Positions 25,601 through 40,965 of a stretch of 64,000 nucleotides of DNA are shown in pieces (position 1 is the stretch's first letter; each line of letters opens with the position of its first letter). The position numbers were made by a program, and so were the translations under genes. The notes under the pieces are model-generated. The model was not told the origin of the DNA, searched no databases, and worked only from the letters and a program-made list of their open reading frames with translations. This DNA comes from Antedon mediterranea (lineage: Eukaryota > Animalia > Echinodermata): positions 39,318,304 through 39,382,303 of the forward strand of contig NC_092671.1 in NCBI RefSeq assembly GCF_964355755.1, read 5' to 3'.

Positions 25601-28600
25601 ATAAGTTTGTGTATTTTTGTTGGTTCAGTGGATGAGGTTATGTGGAAAGAGAACTTTCATTTAGCTTTAGATGAGAAGATAATAAATGAGTTAACTAACA
25701 ATATATATTTCTGAATATTACTAATCAACTAAAATGAAACTGTACTTGTGTAGAAGTCACCCAAACCATTAATATTATCCACAAAATGTATTATTTTTAT
25801 GTCTTTAATTTCACCAAAAACCCAAAATGTTGAACTCGAGTTAGTTTATCAAGTATTTCTGTATTTGTTCAATGTATCAGACACCGTGTGATGGTTATTA
25901 ATAATTAGAAATTGATGAAGATGCGTGAAATGAATAAAATTGCATGGTACTTGTTATGTATGCTAAGAAGTCACTCTAAATAGAGTATGACCTGATAGTT
26001 TTGACAGTTGTTGTGTATGCTAAGAAGTCTACATAGAGTATTACTAGTTTGACAAAAAAGGTGTGATGTGCCCAAATTAGGTAGTGATATGCTTAAATAT
26101 GGTAGTGATATGCTTAAATATTGTAGTGATATGACATAATCATGTCAATATATGGCCACATCACATTTTTTTGTCACATAACGTTTGATAGTGTAGACAG
26201 GGGTTGCTGTGTATTCAGTATTTCTGTGATTGCATTAATTGTGCTTGTGACCCTGTTTATATTGAAGTGTAGCAAGCAGAATGTGAATTTTAGTTTGAAT
26301 GAGAACTTACCTCCCATGAAATAATGTTGTGACACTGATTAATAACGAAAATAAATAAATACACAAATTATAAATGTTTGAAAATAAAATAAAAACCAAA
26401 TTGAAATAAAATCATCAGTGTTTATATTAATGTTTGGTTTGAGAATGTTATGGTTTCATGTATCAATATGCAAACATAGTTCAAAAGTAAATACAAATGT
26501 ATTTTGGTGTAAAGGTATACTTCGAAAAAAACACTGAAAAATGCTCAATTTAGATATAAATTAAAAACAAAATCTAAATCAAAATGATAAAGTAAAACAG
26601 CCAGAAAGAATATAAGATACAGTATATAATAATGATATTAGATAGGATTATTTATAGTATATGTATTGGTGTAATGCATGTGTACATATTCAATTTGCTA
26701 TAGGCAATAAGAACAGCTGGCAGGCCTGTGCAAGGTTCAAAGTGTGTGAAATACCTCACCTGAGCAGACCAAATATAAATGCATTAAACTTGAGCATGTC
26801 TGTTGACAGAGACTTCTGTTCTTGAATGAGGCAGACTAGTTCATATAAGGATCTGGTACCTGGGCCTAGAAAATGGAAGAATTTGCATTGTCTTTATGAT
26901 TATAATTATCAATTCTGAATAAAGTTGATCAAGAAACCATTTGTTCTATTTAAAAGTCACATCATTGGGATCAACATATGGCCAGATAGAAAAGACAAGA
27001 TAATCTTTTTTTACATCAAATTTTAAAGCCTTCTTTACTATTAGCTATTAATTTTTCCTCGCAAAAAGATTGCCATATTTAGGAAAAAAAAGTATTGTTG
27101 AGGTGTGTAGACGGTGACTAGACACTTAGACTATCATCCTCATATTTGATACGGCACAATAATTAATAGTAAGTAGTATGGTAAATTTCAAAGCTTCGAA
27201 GAGAAACTAAAACAACTTTTGATTTGGCCTAATTAATAGGTAATCAGCTGTACAATATGTTGATAAATAAAGTTGAAAGTGTCAGGCTTATCCTCCGGTA
27301 AACATGTATCACTTTCATAAAAAATATACTAGTACTACATTATAGATGAAAAACTATACAGTATGTCAATAAGACTTGCCCCAAGTCTGTATTTATTGTC
27401 TCCTTTTTGTTAGCCCACCAGCGTTTCAATTTTTACAAGCCCAAGTAATATACGTATGAAACGCCATGTGTGTCAAAATATTTATCTTTTTACTAATAGA
27501 ATCTAGACTATATATATGAATGAATTTACCAAGTTCAGTAGTGGCTTCAACAACCTGCCAAATAGAATTCTTAGCCCTGCCAATGATGTAGTTCCTGATG
27601 TACGGCTTCATGCCATCCTTTAAGATGTTAGCGATGGCAGGACAGAGATGATCCAACACCAGAAGGCCAATCACTGGAGTTCTCAACGTATCCCCTAGGA
27701 TTGTCTGAAACAGATACAGTATCAATCAGCATTCTTTTAAAACAACATTATTTTGTGTATGTATGAGATTGATAGAGCAGGGTTCAACCTGACCACTTTT
27801 TCACAGAGGTCTTTGGCAACCCAGTGGTTTGAACAGAGATTCTCTTTTCCTGCGAAAACCACTTGTGGCTTTTTATTTATAAACAGAAAATGATGTAAAT
27901 CTATTTTAGGTAATTTTTACAAAGAACTCTGATAGAATTAGATTTAGAAAAAACAAAGGGGTTCAAGGAACAATATAAAATGCTAGTTTTTATCTTTTTT
28001 TAAATCTAATCGTGCTCAGTCCCCATCAAGTAATTTTTTAATGACAGCAAATTTAGACTTTATAATCACACATACTTGATGCTAAAATCTTAAAATCATT
28101 TTCCCAGGTCAGGTTAAAAATAGATTAATGAAGCAAATACTTGATAATTAAATTATTCATTCAAAATATTGCAAAGAACATGATCAGGTTCAAGGAAGAA
28201 CATTAAAATGGTAATTGTATTATCTTAGCACCTCAATTAGGTAATGTCACTTAAACTTAATATTGATTGATGGTGAGTTGGACTTGATACTGTAAACCAT
28301 GTATAATAGATGACAAACTACTCTTTGAAGTATTTTGCCAGGTCAGCCTAAAAATAGATTACTGAGAATAAACATGCATGGAGGGAGAATTTAGCAAGGA
28401 CCTGGAAATTGAATCATAGGCAAATTGTTTGTTTTTGACATTTTTTATGTATTCTCAATCCAGCTTTTTTGGCTGCAAAAGATTTTTATTTGCCTTAGTG
28501 AATTTTTTTGATGTTTTTTTGAAAGTGAAAACATTTCTGTTTTGGTTTTTTTTCTATGGAAGAGATTTACTCTATTAAAACTACAAAAATAACCTATTCA

Positions 28601-31600
28601 AAGTACAATTTAATTAATCTTCATTTTTCATGTTTTGGGGGACAATACATCTTTAACCTTATTTCATCTAAAAAAATGGCCAGGTTCATTAAACACATAA
28701 CATAGTTGAATAAATAAAACCACAACATCCTACACATTTTATTGTTATTAATCAACATCATACTTGAACTAATCAAATAATAATTATTAATATGTGTGAT
28801 CATTGTGCTGTACATCCCTATATCCAATCTAGCATGCATGTTAATTAACAAGGTCAATTTAAGGTCACATCAGTTTTTATCCAACCAACCAGTTTCCTTG
28901 TCTGTCAAGTTCAACTGTCAGTGAACACTAACCTGGGTAATATAAACACCTTAGATATTATATAATGTTAATATTTTAATTAATACTTTCATTATTGAAA
29001 TATGACTAAGCTTAGAGAAGAACAAGAAATATAATACAGTGTAAGCTTGAGCCCAGGGGCATAACGCACAGGGCAAAGGCCCCAGGTTTAGCACTTCTAA
29101 CAGGCCCTCCAACACTGGGTAGTTGCATTGGACTGCTTATGCTTTGGGGCTCCCGGGTTTAGCCAGAAAGCCTTATATAGCCATTACGCCACTGTTTGAA
29201 CCAGAGGGTCAGAGTTAGTAGCTTGGCTGGGGTGACATTTTCTGCAATCAAATATTTTCTTGTCTTTAACTATTAATTTTATCTTATTTAATTCAGCATT
29301 ATCAATGGATGGTTAACAGTTTTTTTTTTGTTCTGGTTAAATTTATAGTATCATTTATTAATTACTTGTAAATTACTCATATCCCTTACCTTATCCTGTG
29401 GTCCCATCTCTGAGGTCCTTGAAAAATGATTGAGAATAAGATCCACAGCAGAGCTAACAGCTGTAACTAAACCTACAAAAGTGATGAAGATGAATGTGCT
29501 ACATGAGAAAACTGTGAGATTATCTTGAATACAGTTGCAGTTGCAAAGCTCTGTGTACACTATCAAACTAGTTTGACAAAAAAGTGTGATATGCCTAAAT
29601 ATTGTAGTGATATTCCCAAATATGGTAGTGATATGACATCATCATGTCTATGGGCATATCACATTTTGTTGTCACATAAAGTTTGATAGTATAAACAGAG
29701 CTTAATAGACATAATGAATACAATGAAGTGTAAATTTCTCAATGCAGGATCCTTGCCGTCATTTATGCTATGAAACTGTATTTATAAAGGATGAGTAAAT
29801 AAAGGTGAATTGAAAATGAATACAATAAAGTTTGTTTAAAATTGATGTTTAGAAAAACATTTACCTTTCATAACCACCATGTCAATGTTCATTGGCTGTT
29901 TTCTGGGTCTTGGTGAAACAGTAATGTCTTGCGGCGGAAGCTCTTGTGGCTGAAGATCCTGCCAATCATCAAATCCATCGTCATTCCTAGCATCTCCCAA
30001 TGGCAGACTTCTTGCAACACCTTTCATGGTGATGCCATCATCTCTTTTCTTTGTTGAACCCCCTCTAGTGATATCTCTTTTGTCATCAGCAACACTTCTA
30101 CCAATATTTTTCTCTCTTGTGCCAACTTTACCAACGTCTCTTTTTATAATATTCTTTATCTTCTCTTTTCCTTTCGGAGATTTCCAATCTGCCATTCTGT
30201 TTATGGTTGGTGATCGTTTTTTAACGTTGGTTTGTGATTGGTTAGTATATATATCTTGACGGTTCTTGTACCAGTTGAGGACCGCGGGTAGCGTGTGGTA
30301 TCCATGGGTCATGTAGGTTGGCTCATAATATCCCCGTCTCTCCTTCTTCTTATGTAGATCCTTTTGAACTATAATAAAAAAAGGTAGAGTTACAACTTTA
30401 TGAAAAGAATCCATTTCTGTATGTGTGAATGCAATTAGTTCTTAAAACATTCAGGCTGATCAAACAAATTACTAATGAAAAAAAAAAATATATAAATATT
30501 GAAGGAAATACTTTCAATCAACAAACTACATCAAATCCATTTATTATGATTAATATTAAAGATGCATTGACTTATTAAGTACTTATTAAGTTAGCTTGAA
30601 AAAAAACCACATCTAATCAATTTGGTCAAGAAATAGCTTCCAGTGAATACTGCTATTTCTATTCTTATATTTTTGTTCTCAATTTTAAATATTAATTTTC
30701 ATTTTTTTTTCATTGAAGGAGTCAATGCATCTTTAACACAATTGATTATTTTTAATAACATCGCAGTATAACATGGCAACATTCACACCTATAAAATATC
30801 AAGCCAACAACAATAATAATTAAATTCATTATATTTTAAAACCAAATTAAGATATAAATGTAGTATAAAGACTTGTCTACACTATCAAACTTTATGTGAC
30901 AAAAAAATGTGATGTGCCCATATATGGACATGATGATGTCTATGTTTTTTCTTAAAACAAATGATAATAAATGATACTTGACTTGATATCAATACAATAT
31001 TTAGGCACATCACACTTTTTTGTCAAACTAGTTTGATAGTGTAGACAGAGCTTAAGGTATCAAAGTTCACAGTATGTGCATAAGATTAAACAACCACTAA
31101 ACATAGAAAATCCCAACATTAAGCATTTCCTTTGGTTTAATGTTGGTGTATCTTTTTTCCTATCATAAAATCATAATAAAAACGGGCGTTGTGGTTTTGC
31201 AAAACATTATGAGTTTGGGAAATTGTTTTTGGATGTTACTGATAAAATGCCAGGATGTAGATACCATCATAATTATTATTTTGGTGATCATGACCTTATG
31301 TAAATGAAAATTATAATCAATGTGCACATTGATGATGTTAATTAGACATGTTAATGTTTTTAATATTTGTAATATGACGCTGCAGTATTTGTACAGTTAG
31401 AAGAATAAGAAGGGAGAGAGTGGCCCAGAAAAAAAAAATTTTAATATAGGAAAAAGATAACATATTGTAATATTGTAGAACTATACAAAACACAATCTAT
31501 TATTTCATCACAAAAAGACATTTCTTAGAGAAGAATACGGTGCTCATTTCTACACTACAACTCGCATACCGAACTGATAGGCCTATATTGTAAGCCTTAC

Positions 31601-34600
31601 AGCTCCTTTAGCATATAGGAGTGAGGCTTTTATCTGTTAGCACTACTGTACATACAGTACAAGTACTGTACTTCAGCATATTAGAATGAGGTGCCTACTT
31701 GTAAGCATGAGTACTTAGCGTATTGGAGTGAGGTGCCTACTTGTAAGCATGAGTACTTAGCGTATTGGAGTGAGGCGCCTCCTGTAAGCAGTACAAACTT
31801 ACTTAGCGTATCAGATTGAAGCGCCCAAAGTGCTAAGAATACTTGCGTATTTGAGTTAGGCGGTGTCTATCTGTAATCATGAATAATATTCAATTGTATA
31901 TTAATATTATACAGCCATTAATACCCATTTTAACCTAGTTAGATCTGAACCAGCCTGAATTACTCACATCCTATGCATTAACATTACTACTGTAATAAAT
32001 GTCTGTATTCTACGATTGATATTATCAACAGATGTAAGAATTAACTATTAGTCAATTCCCAGCAGGCGTAATATTTTACTGGGGTTTAAAAAGCCTCTAC
32101 AAGCACCCTCTACCTACAGATCGGACATTTCGAGTTACCCCCAAATTGGTTTGGATGTTTAGCCAATCAAGGGGCTGTATGGTACTCACTGGGTACTACA
32201 ATATTTGACCTTATATGTGTCCAAAATGGTGCAGAGAAATTTAATTTGTTGACCCTAAATGAATATTATTATTACAGAAATATGTGAATGATCAGCAACA
32301 TGTTAGGTAAAGATTGAAACTATGGCTACACTACTATAATTTAAAATAAATGACAGTCCACAAAAATAAGTAACAAATACATATTTCCGAAAGGTCAATT
32401 TGGCTTGAGAATCACAATTACCAGAAGGGATAAAAAAAATCTTAATTTTTATGCTAAATATTTATTTAAATATTTAAAGAGCAGCAGAAGAAAACAAAAC
32501 TATGTTATGAAGGTTAATCATAAGTATTATAATGTCACGACTGACAGCTGTATCGAGCACATCCCTGATCCCTTAATTCTTAGCAAAAAATAATATTACA
32601 CAACAGCGTATTTGAAATCCTGAGGGAGAATATTCATAATGAACAGGAAAATGACGCAAACGTTGCTCATCCTACGCTAACCAGTGTACAGTGGTGATAA
32701 CATACAAGAACGACAAATAAGAACAGAACAAATATCAGCATTGATTGAAATGATTGTAATTCAGACATTAGAACTGAAGACAGAACATTGTGGTTGTGAT
32801 CAAAATGAAAGAAATAATAAATATTCCAAACCTTGTTGGTGTTTTTGAATTACCGATAATTATGTATGTAAATATCCAAATATGGAAAAAATAGAAAAGA
32901 AATAAGTAAGAATTACAAAATAAAAGTTCTGTTTTCACACTTTTTTTAAAGATATTATTTAAAAAAAAAATCATATTCATCCATCTTATCATTTCAAATT
33001 ATTTAATTAAATTCCAGTATATCACCAGGCAGTTTAGAATTAATACTGTTCTATGCCTAATGTGTTTATATATATTATTATATAATTAAATAATTATATA
33101 TATTACAATATATAAATTACTATAATAATTATATTTTTTTTCCTGATAATTTTTTTTGTTGAAATCTAAAAAAACTAAAATTCATCATAATTAACAAAGC
33201 CACAGGATGAGTTTAAGCAGAAAACCCACAAAGTTACATCCTGTATTGTGGTGAGAAATGACAACATGTCATATTTTAAATTGTATTTGGATTAAAAAAA
33301 AAATAAACTGTCGGCCAGTTGTTGTTGGTAATAAATGTGATGAAGAATGGAGGCTTTAGGTAAAGAATGATTAAACCCACAGAATGATTTATCATATTAG
33401 AGCATGGATTAATTAAAGATGAAAGACCTAAAACATGATGCGGGCATACAATTAAATAATAGATAAATGTATAAACAATAGAATGATCTATACACAATGC
33501 GCGCATAGATCAATTAAAGGTAAACAATTAATAGTATCTATAAATAAATTGAAAATTGTCTGTTAATATTGTATCCATTGAGTCTTTTCATGGTAATAAA
33601 TTTCCATTTTTGTTTATTCTACATAATGCTAGTAGGCCTACAGTGTATGTGAGAAAATTATGTGAGAAAAAATGACAATTACATCAAAAATTGAAAGCTC
33701 GAGATATTTAAATGACACAATGAACATTTTAAATATAATTATACGAGTGTACTACAACAAACAGTTTTAGAATGTCTGTCATGCCTTGCTCATATTAAAA
33801 ATAAAACACAGACAACACATCAGTTGGGAATGTAGCAAACCTAACAGGCAATATCATACGGCGACCAGATGTTCAACAGTGATTTAAAGTACATTATAAC
33901 ATTCAAACAAAATACCATGGCTAAATGTAAAATTAGAAAGCATGCTTAGAATGTTAAAACAAAAACCAAATAAAACCACCATCAATTATTATTATTATCA
34001 TGATCTTATTCATGCAGAACCAAAATGTACAGTAAAAATCCTGAAGAAAACCATGCATATTAGTTAACTGTATAAAAAAGACTTGACAAAAAATGCAAAC
34101 CTTTTCTCCAACGATGTTCCTCATCTACGACATGTATAGGTTTCAGCGGTTGATGTTCTATGTACTGAACAGTGTCTTCTAGATGATGATTATAAGACGT
34201 GTAGATTGTAGATCTGTTTGTATGATAGTTAACATCATTTACTTCCTTTTGTTTAACATCAGGAACCGATGTTGAAACTTTAGACGTTGTTCGTTTCAAT
34301 TGTCTCAGTTCCAAGTCAAGTGCTTGCTCTTTCAGTTTTTCAAGCAAATCGTGAATCAATCTTGGATTTTTTTTACTTGATCTTGTCTCGGATTTAGGGA
34401 TTACGGATGATTTCTGAGCTGGTGAGATCGATTTACTCGGTGTAAAACTCTTCAACCAAGTTTTGTCTTTTACAGGATCTTGTAAATTATGTTGAAGAAA
34501 TCCAGCTTCAGATATCTTTCTCATTGGTCTGTAGCAAATATAATCTTGTTGAATGTCACTTGTGATTGAATTGCTGGTTTTTGTTGCAACTGGAATTTCC

Positions 34601-37600
34601 CTTATTGAATTAGAAGCACTTGAAGAATGTTTACAGCCTTCTGACAAAGATGACACAGATGACGAAATATCCGATAAGTCTTCTGACGTGTCACCTCTTG
34701 AATTTAAACGTTTGGAATGGCCGTATGATAATTTGGTTGGGGTTCCTTGTCCTGATGGAAGAGACAGGTAAAAGCTTTCATGGTCAGCATTACATTCTGC
34801 ATTCAACTCTGATGGAGATGACAGTGTCGTAGAAGAACTTCTTGAAAGAACCTGTACTGGTTCAAAAGTCTCACTATCTGCATAATCTGGTAGAGGTTCT
34901 AATGGTAGAAAGGTCTCCTCTGCATCTAAATAATCAAAGGTATTCCAGGAGTTTGTTTGCCTATTTTCGGATTTGTCAATGTTTCTGTTATATGTATAAA
35001 TATTTGGCCACGTTTTAGCAGGACTAATCAAATCTTGCAAACCAAAGTCATTCACATCATCCAAAGTCGACCTTACAATAATCTCATCTTTACTGTTTTT
35101 ATTAAGCATATGTTTACCGAGGGAATTTCCATTTCTGTCAAAAAAAGATTCATACAGCTCGGTGAATGTTTGCTGTTGTGTTGATGCATCCATGCAGAAA
35201 GGTACTCTTAACACAGACTCCAGGCTAAAATCCTCGTAATTCATGTTAGGCATCGGCTCTATTGCACCCTTAATGTCAGAAATATCAGAATCAAAATCAA
35301 CTTCAATGTCGCTTTCTGCAATAATATCAGTATTTTCGTCAATTTTGGAATCAATTGGTGACTTAATAATATCTTCTTTAACGTTCACATTCGCGTTAAT
35401 ATCTGAATTGTCGTCATTGATAATGAAATGTTTGTTTTTGGACGTCAATATTGTTGGCGACTCACTGATCCCATCTGGTGCTTCCCTGTCATGTAACTCT
35501 AATGGAATGTTGCTATTCTGTAGATATACATTAGTGGTCAATACTGAAACGTTCCTACAATCTCTTTTCAGGTAAAATGGCAAAGTGGACGAAGACGGAG
35601 ATGGAGATGTACGTGTGTCCATCGGGGTAGATACTTCCCATTTTGTTTGTTTTGGTGTTGGCGCCGATTGTGTTTTCCGTGATAAAGCTACAAATGGAAA
35701 TGTGTTAAAACAAGTTGTATAAATGAAACTTTATTGTTTAATGGATGGATCAAATTTAAAAAATGATGAAATAAATCAAGGCACCTTCCCCAATAATATT
35801 TGAAATTAATCTGATGGAGAAAAAAAGTTCATTTTGGATAAAAGCAAGTAAACTATAAAATGTCTAGAAAGAATTGAAATTTATGATTAGCAATAATAAT
35901 ATAAACCAACAAAAAATGAACTATTACTACTAACTACAACTAATAGCAAATTAAAAAATATAAGAAAACAAGAACACAGTCTCATCATGGCTACTGTACA
36001 CATTTCAACACAATTATTTACTGTATGAAAAAACATCTAAACATCAACATAAATTTACACAAATTATACATTTGGTTAAAAATCACAAAATATACGGTAT
36101 TTCTTTACATGTTGTCCTTTTGCTAATGCATAAATTTTGAATTAGATAGAAAATAAAAAATGTGGGAATTGCAGCATTAAAATACATACTGATGTCAGTT
36201 TTCAAATGCCATAAATGATTATTTTCCAAAACAGATGAGAAATAAAATAGTATACTTTAATTTCATAAATTACGAGAAATAATACTTTCGTTCTGAAAAA
36301 TTATCTTCAAAACTAAAATGTGTTTTAAATAAAAGTTAGGCTTAATATCAATAAGAATATTTTGAACAATTGAAAAGTTACTCTATGGCATCTTGTAAAA
36401 ATTCTAAATAAAAAAAATGTTGATTATATCAAAATATAATCTTATTCTGTGGAACAAACTGAATCCAAAACTGCCTTGTAATACCAATCAGGAAAAAAAA
36501 AGATGACTATTAGAATATTTACAAGTGCTTATTAAACACGTGTTAATCTTAAAATTTAGATAATTAAACATTATAATGTCAGCCATGACTCTGGTATGGT
36601 TTAGCATGGTTATACTGGGTCTTTGGAATTCATTCACCCATCATATAATATTTCCAACCTCGGATCTTTATCTTGCTCATTATTAGATTAAAATTGTTGA
36701 TTTAATGTCATAAAATTGAGAAAAACAAGACAATCATAATTTTGAAGAATTATGTAAAACATTAAATAGAAAGTTGCTAATGAAATAAACCATGATCGTG
36801 GACTTTTTTTTTTCCTTGACATTTTTTACATCCTTTTCAAAGCTATTATCATTTCTTGGTAAACTGCATTTATGATTAAAATTTTTATCTGGTTTTGGAT
36901 ATCCATGAGTAAGTAGTTTCATTTATAATAATACTATTTGCCCTGCCAAAATAGTCTATTATATGTTGTACCATATGCATTAATTTTCTATTCTAAGCAC
37001 TCACAGCATTAGCATAAACCAACTGACGCTGATCAATATATGCTCACTATTACTGGCTGAATTGCTAATACACATGCAGGACTGAATCACACTATAAATC
37101 TAACTACTGTACGCTGTAAAAATAGCTGATCTTTGATAAACCTGGAAGGCATCTAACTTTAACTATTTGGAAAAGGTTGTTTATCAGCGATTTAACTACA
37201 TGCTCCGATATGCCTAGTAATTTAATAGAAGGCCCCAATATACCGTACTTAGTAATTTAACTACATGTCCTGATATGCCTAGAATTTAATGGACCAAGAT
37301 CAACATTGTCAGCTCTGAAGAGGCTCTCTGCTGACACTAAATACAAGGATGATTACCTACCAAAATAATGCTCCTTTTTTGAAAAATTATTCTTGTGTAT
37401 TAAACAGTAACCATGATAATTGTTGCTTTAATAAAAATTGGAATTTAAGTACACTCAGTTTGGAAATTGGTAAAATATTAAATAAATATTAAAGTTTATA
37501 ATTAATTATTAACTATTATTTTTAAACAATATTTTTTACACTACAGTAGGTTCAAAGGTCTAAATGGGATGTTGTGTAAATATTATTTAAAATATTTGTT

Positions 37601-40600
37601 CGTTGGGATGTGCTTCTGTCTGAACAAAAATGTATTGGTACATAAATATTTTTTACAAAAAAACGCAATTCGACTTTTTGACGTAACAGTTGTAATTATT
37701 GTTCTTTCTTCATTATATTATAATAATATCCTGAATTTATATAATGCATAATGTTGTGAAACCTCTTAACATTTTCTTTAGCAATATTGCTATTAATCAA
37801 ACTGATTTTTTAGTCGAGAAACATAGTTTTGTATTGTATTTTTTGCTACACAATATCAGAAATATGTAGCAATAACACTGGCGACATTATTCCTTGGATT
37901 ATGCTTTATTAAATTATATTCTACTTAATAATTTAACGTTGTTGTTAACATTTTCCGTCTTCCGACATTACGCTTTCCACAATTTGTTTCCATTTTTTTC
38001 TGTTTATGGCAGGATGGTTTGTTATTGTGTTAGTGTCTACATGTCCTTGTAAGTCTTTCTTTATTTGGTTCATCCAGTTATTTCTTGGTCTTCCTACGGG
38101 TCGTTTTACTTTCCTGATAGTTTCCTTCATTGTTTGTTTCTCAATAATTTAAGAAATAGAACTGTCTAAAGGTGTGGCGCGAAAAATGGATTGGTGTGTG
38201 TAGTAACAAACCAGTTACCACTTCAACTATCTTTTTAAAATTCCTAAACATTAATCATGCTATGACAACGGTACTTATGAATATACTGAATCCAATCTAG
38301 TGTAACCACTATACAAAGTAACACAGAAACTTGTGAACCTCAATGTATGTACTTACTTTAACTTAAAACTAAGTCAAGGGTATTGTAATCAAATTAATGA
38401 AAATTCTATTTAATGATTGGAGTTGTTTAAAACAATGCACAGATGTCTACAGTGTGAGGAAATGACTAGTATTAGTAAGCATTATTGTTTCAGTAATTGT
38501 ACTCACAATTTGTGTAAACAATCAAATTGTTTAAAACATTAAATCACCATAATCAAAATAAAACATTAAAGGCATTACATCACAAACAAAATTGTCCTTA
38601 TTAACAATTCCAGAGACCATGCTGCGATTGACAGTATCACTACCATATTTAGGTACATCACACTTTTTTTATTTTTTTTTTTCAAACTAGTTTGATAATG
38701 TGGACAGAGCTTTCAATGGTATTTATTAAAGTAATAATAGATGGCCAATAACATTTTAGACCTCATGTTTTTAAAAGTTAATTCTAAAACAACATTTGTA
38801 TTAAATTAAAGAAAGCCATTTTATTCAGTTTGAAAAATATAAGCATTTTCTATTAAAAATGGCAAGATTTTTAAACCATGTGAATAAATGAAGTACGGTT
38901 TTCACCCAAACAGTATTATTATTTTTACAGTTGATCACTTCTCTAGTGTTTTGCAATGACACGCTCGGTAGAAAAACGGCTTCATTTCTCAGTATCAGTC
39001 ATATTGCAGTTAGCTGATTGATTGGTAAAGGGAAATTGACATAACGAAGCAAAGAATTGCATTTAAAGTTGGAAATGAATTTATAAATGATGCTCTTCTA
39101 AAAAGGAAGATATTAAATTAAAAATGACATAATTAGCATATCAAATTAGTGTTTGTAAAATGTAAGTACTTTATCAGACCACATGTTCTTGATCAGTGTA
39201 TGCATGTATCTATAAAAGTTAAACATTGACATCTTTTCATTGTTGCATTTCTATGAACATGAATTTTATTAAAGTCAAATTTATCGACACAACAATAGAA
39301 AAATTGACTTTTGAATGGGATTTCTGATAGCATTAAGCCAAGTGAAATTATTTTACAGTTCATGAACAAACACATTTGAACTGATTTCTATTTTGGCAGG
39401 AAATGTGGTAAAAATCAATAACTGATGCTGGCTTTAATTTCATTACAACTGTTGAAAAATAAAAGAATTATTGAACAAAATATGGAGGATTATTATATTT
39501 TTCTGATGCATGTCTGTGTTTATAATAACATTTATACAGTTAAAATTGTAACATTTATTTGTATCAAAATTCTTGATATACTCACACATACGAACACAGC
39601 ACAGATACAATATAAATATATATACAAAAAGCCAAAAAGAAAAAGAAAGCAGACAAAATAGGAAATAATCTATTGGCTCATTATATCGAATGAATGTGCA
39701 AAATTAATTTCATGAACATAGCTGTTTAATAATAATTTTTACCTTGAAAATGATTATAACTTACTTGAATGTCCTTCTTCTAGGGTGTTAAGGTTATTCT
39801 GAAACTGGAAATCATCAAATGTTTTGCTCTTTTTATCTTCTGGGGTCTTAAGGGGTCGGGAGGCCGGCCTACGAATATGTCGTAGTTGAATAGGCAAGGA
39901 TTTAGGCCTAGAAATATGATTTGTTTTTCGTACTCGTCGTTGAACAATTCCGTTCTCCATTTCAGAAAAACTCTTCTTCTGCATCAACTCTGTCCAGTGT
40001 GTACCTATAATATCATTTGTTTCTTGAATATTAAAAAAGTTTTCATTTTTAGGACTTGGGGTGGCCTTTTTTTGTAAAATATCAGCAAAAGTTGTGACAG
40101 AATCATAGTTTTCTGTTCCAAACTTTTTCCAAGTTAACTTTATAGAAGAATTTGTCAACGGTGAATGTTTTGAAAGTGTAGTCAAGATAGTTTTTTCATT
40201 TGTTGCATTAGTTTGATGTTTATCTGGAGAAATGTTTGCTTTCCGTAAAGCAACTCTTTGGAGTTTAGGTGAGGTTCTGTTCAACATGTCAAGCATAGAT
40301 TCTCTAGGTTTATTACCGACGTCTGTGTCAATTGGTTCTTCTTGGGCGATCTTAAAAGCTTTGTACAGCGTTGAATAACTTTCTGGACTTTGAGAGACGG
40401 CAGACACCTTGACAGAATCAGATTCTGTTGTCTCTTGCATACTATCTGACATCAATTGTCTTTTTTCTTCAGAGTTCTTATCAAGAACGTCTTCATTTTT
40501 TGATATCTCCTTCTTACTTTCTTCAACACTCTCAACATCAGTATCTGGACAAGAGTTAAGTCCTGATAATCGACTTATAGGAGAATCATCTGGTTCTGTC

Positions 40601-40965
40601 TGCACTACTTCCACGGCATCAACAAAGTGTTCATTATTAAGACTATCAAGACTCATACTAGAGATGCCATGCTGCAGACATTCTAGTGGTTTTGTAAGAT
40701 CCAAGAGGTCATTGTTCATTTCCATATTCAATATTGGAGGAGATATAAATGTGTCAGTGTTACTGATTCCACTCAGAGGTGCCATGGTGGTTGATTCGTC
40801 CTCTGGGAAGGCGGCTTCTAGCAGTTGGGACAATGTTGCATTCTCATTATCCACCGATGATCCACTTGTGAGATCCATAGCAACTGGTGATGTCTTGTTG
40901 GTCATCAGCGATGACCACTGGAAAGGCCACACCAGACCTCCCTGTGGCATTGTGACTGCCAACAT
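22627..40965 (-). CDS. RUSC2: RUN and SH3 domain-containing protein (RUSC2/iporin-like), 10 coding exons, ~1642 aa
   Basis: complement join(39765..40965,34101..35687,29865..30368,29390..29472,27530..27704,26760..26865,25466..25512,23747..24575,23177..23392,22627..22807); GT-AG, phases consistent, 4929 nt. RUN domain: GLVTAVSSAVDLILNHF...LVLDHLCPAIANILKDGMKP...WQVVEA...FNAFIFGLL...LEVWL...QPLSLLPFKL. C-terminal SH3-like LSFSKGEVL...GLV. Long Ser-rich N-terminus as in RUSC2; probably the single co-ortholog of RUSC1/2. Small extra exons could have been missed. Confidence 0.85.
23521..23660. mobile_element. MITE family A copy
   Basis: Both TIRs, TAA TSD. Confidence 0.8.
25139..25419. mobile_element. 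Kolobok-like MITE (TTAA TSD)
   Basis: TTAA|AGGTGCATTGTCCCC...GCGACAATACATCT|TTAA. Related right ends at ~28570-28656 and ~54990-55057. Confidence 0.7.
29054..29194. mobile_element. hAT-like MITE
   Basis: CAGGGGCATAAC...ATTACGCCACTG ends; imperfect 8-bp TSD CTTGAGCC/TTTGAACC. Confidence 0.6.
29547..29702. mobile_element. MITE family A copy
   Basis: Both TIRs present. Confidence 0.8.
30560..30732. mobile_element. Kolobok-like MITE (TTAA TSD)
   Basis: TTAA|AGATGCATTGACT...AGTCAATGCATCT|TTAA. Confidence 0.7.
31610..31860. repeat. ~42-bp degenerate tandem repeat
   Basis: GTGCCTACTTGTAAGCATGAGTACTTAGCGTATTGGAGTGAG at 31691 and 31733, with decayed flanking units. Confidence 0.7.
37935..38130 (-). 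mobile_element. RTE-clade LINE 3' fragment
   Basis: Translates KRPVGRPRNNWMNQIKKDL...AINRKKWKQIV, typical of the RTE ORF C-terminus, followed by a short (AAC)n tail. Confidence 0.7.

Noticed and set aside
32630-32730. Possible extra RUSC exon
   Set aside because: No convincing acceptor/donor pair in phase 1-1; the model is in frame without it.
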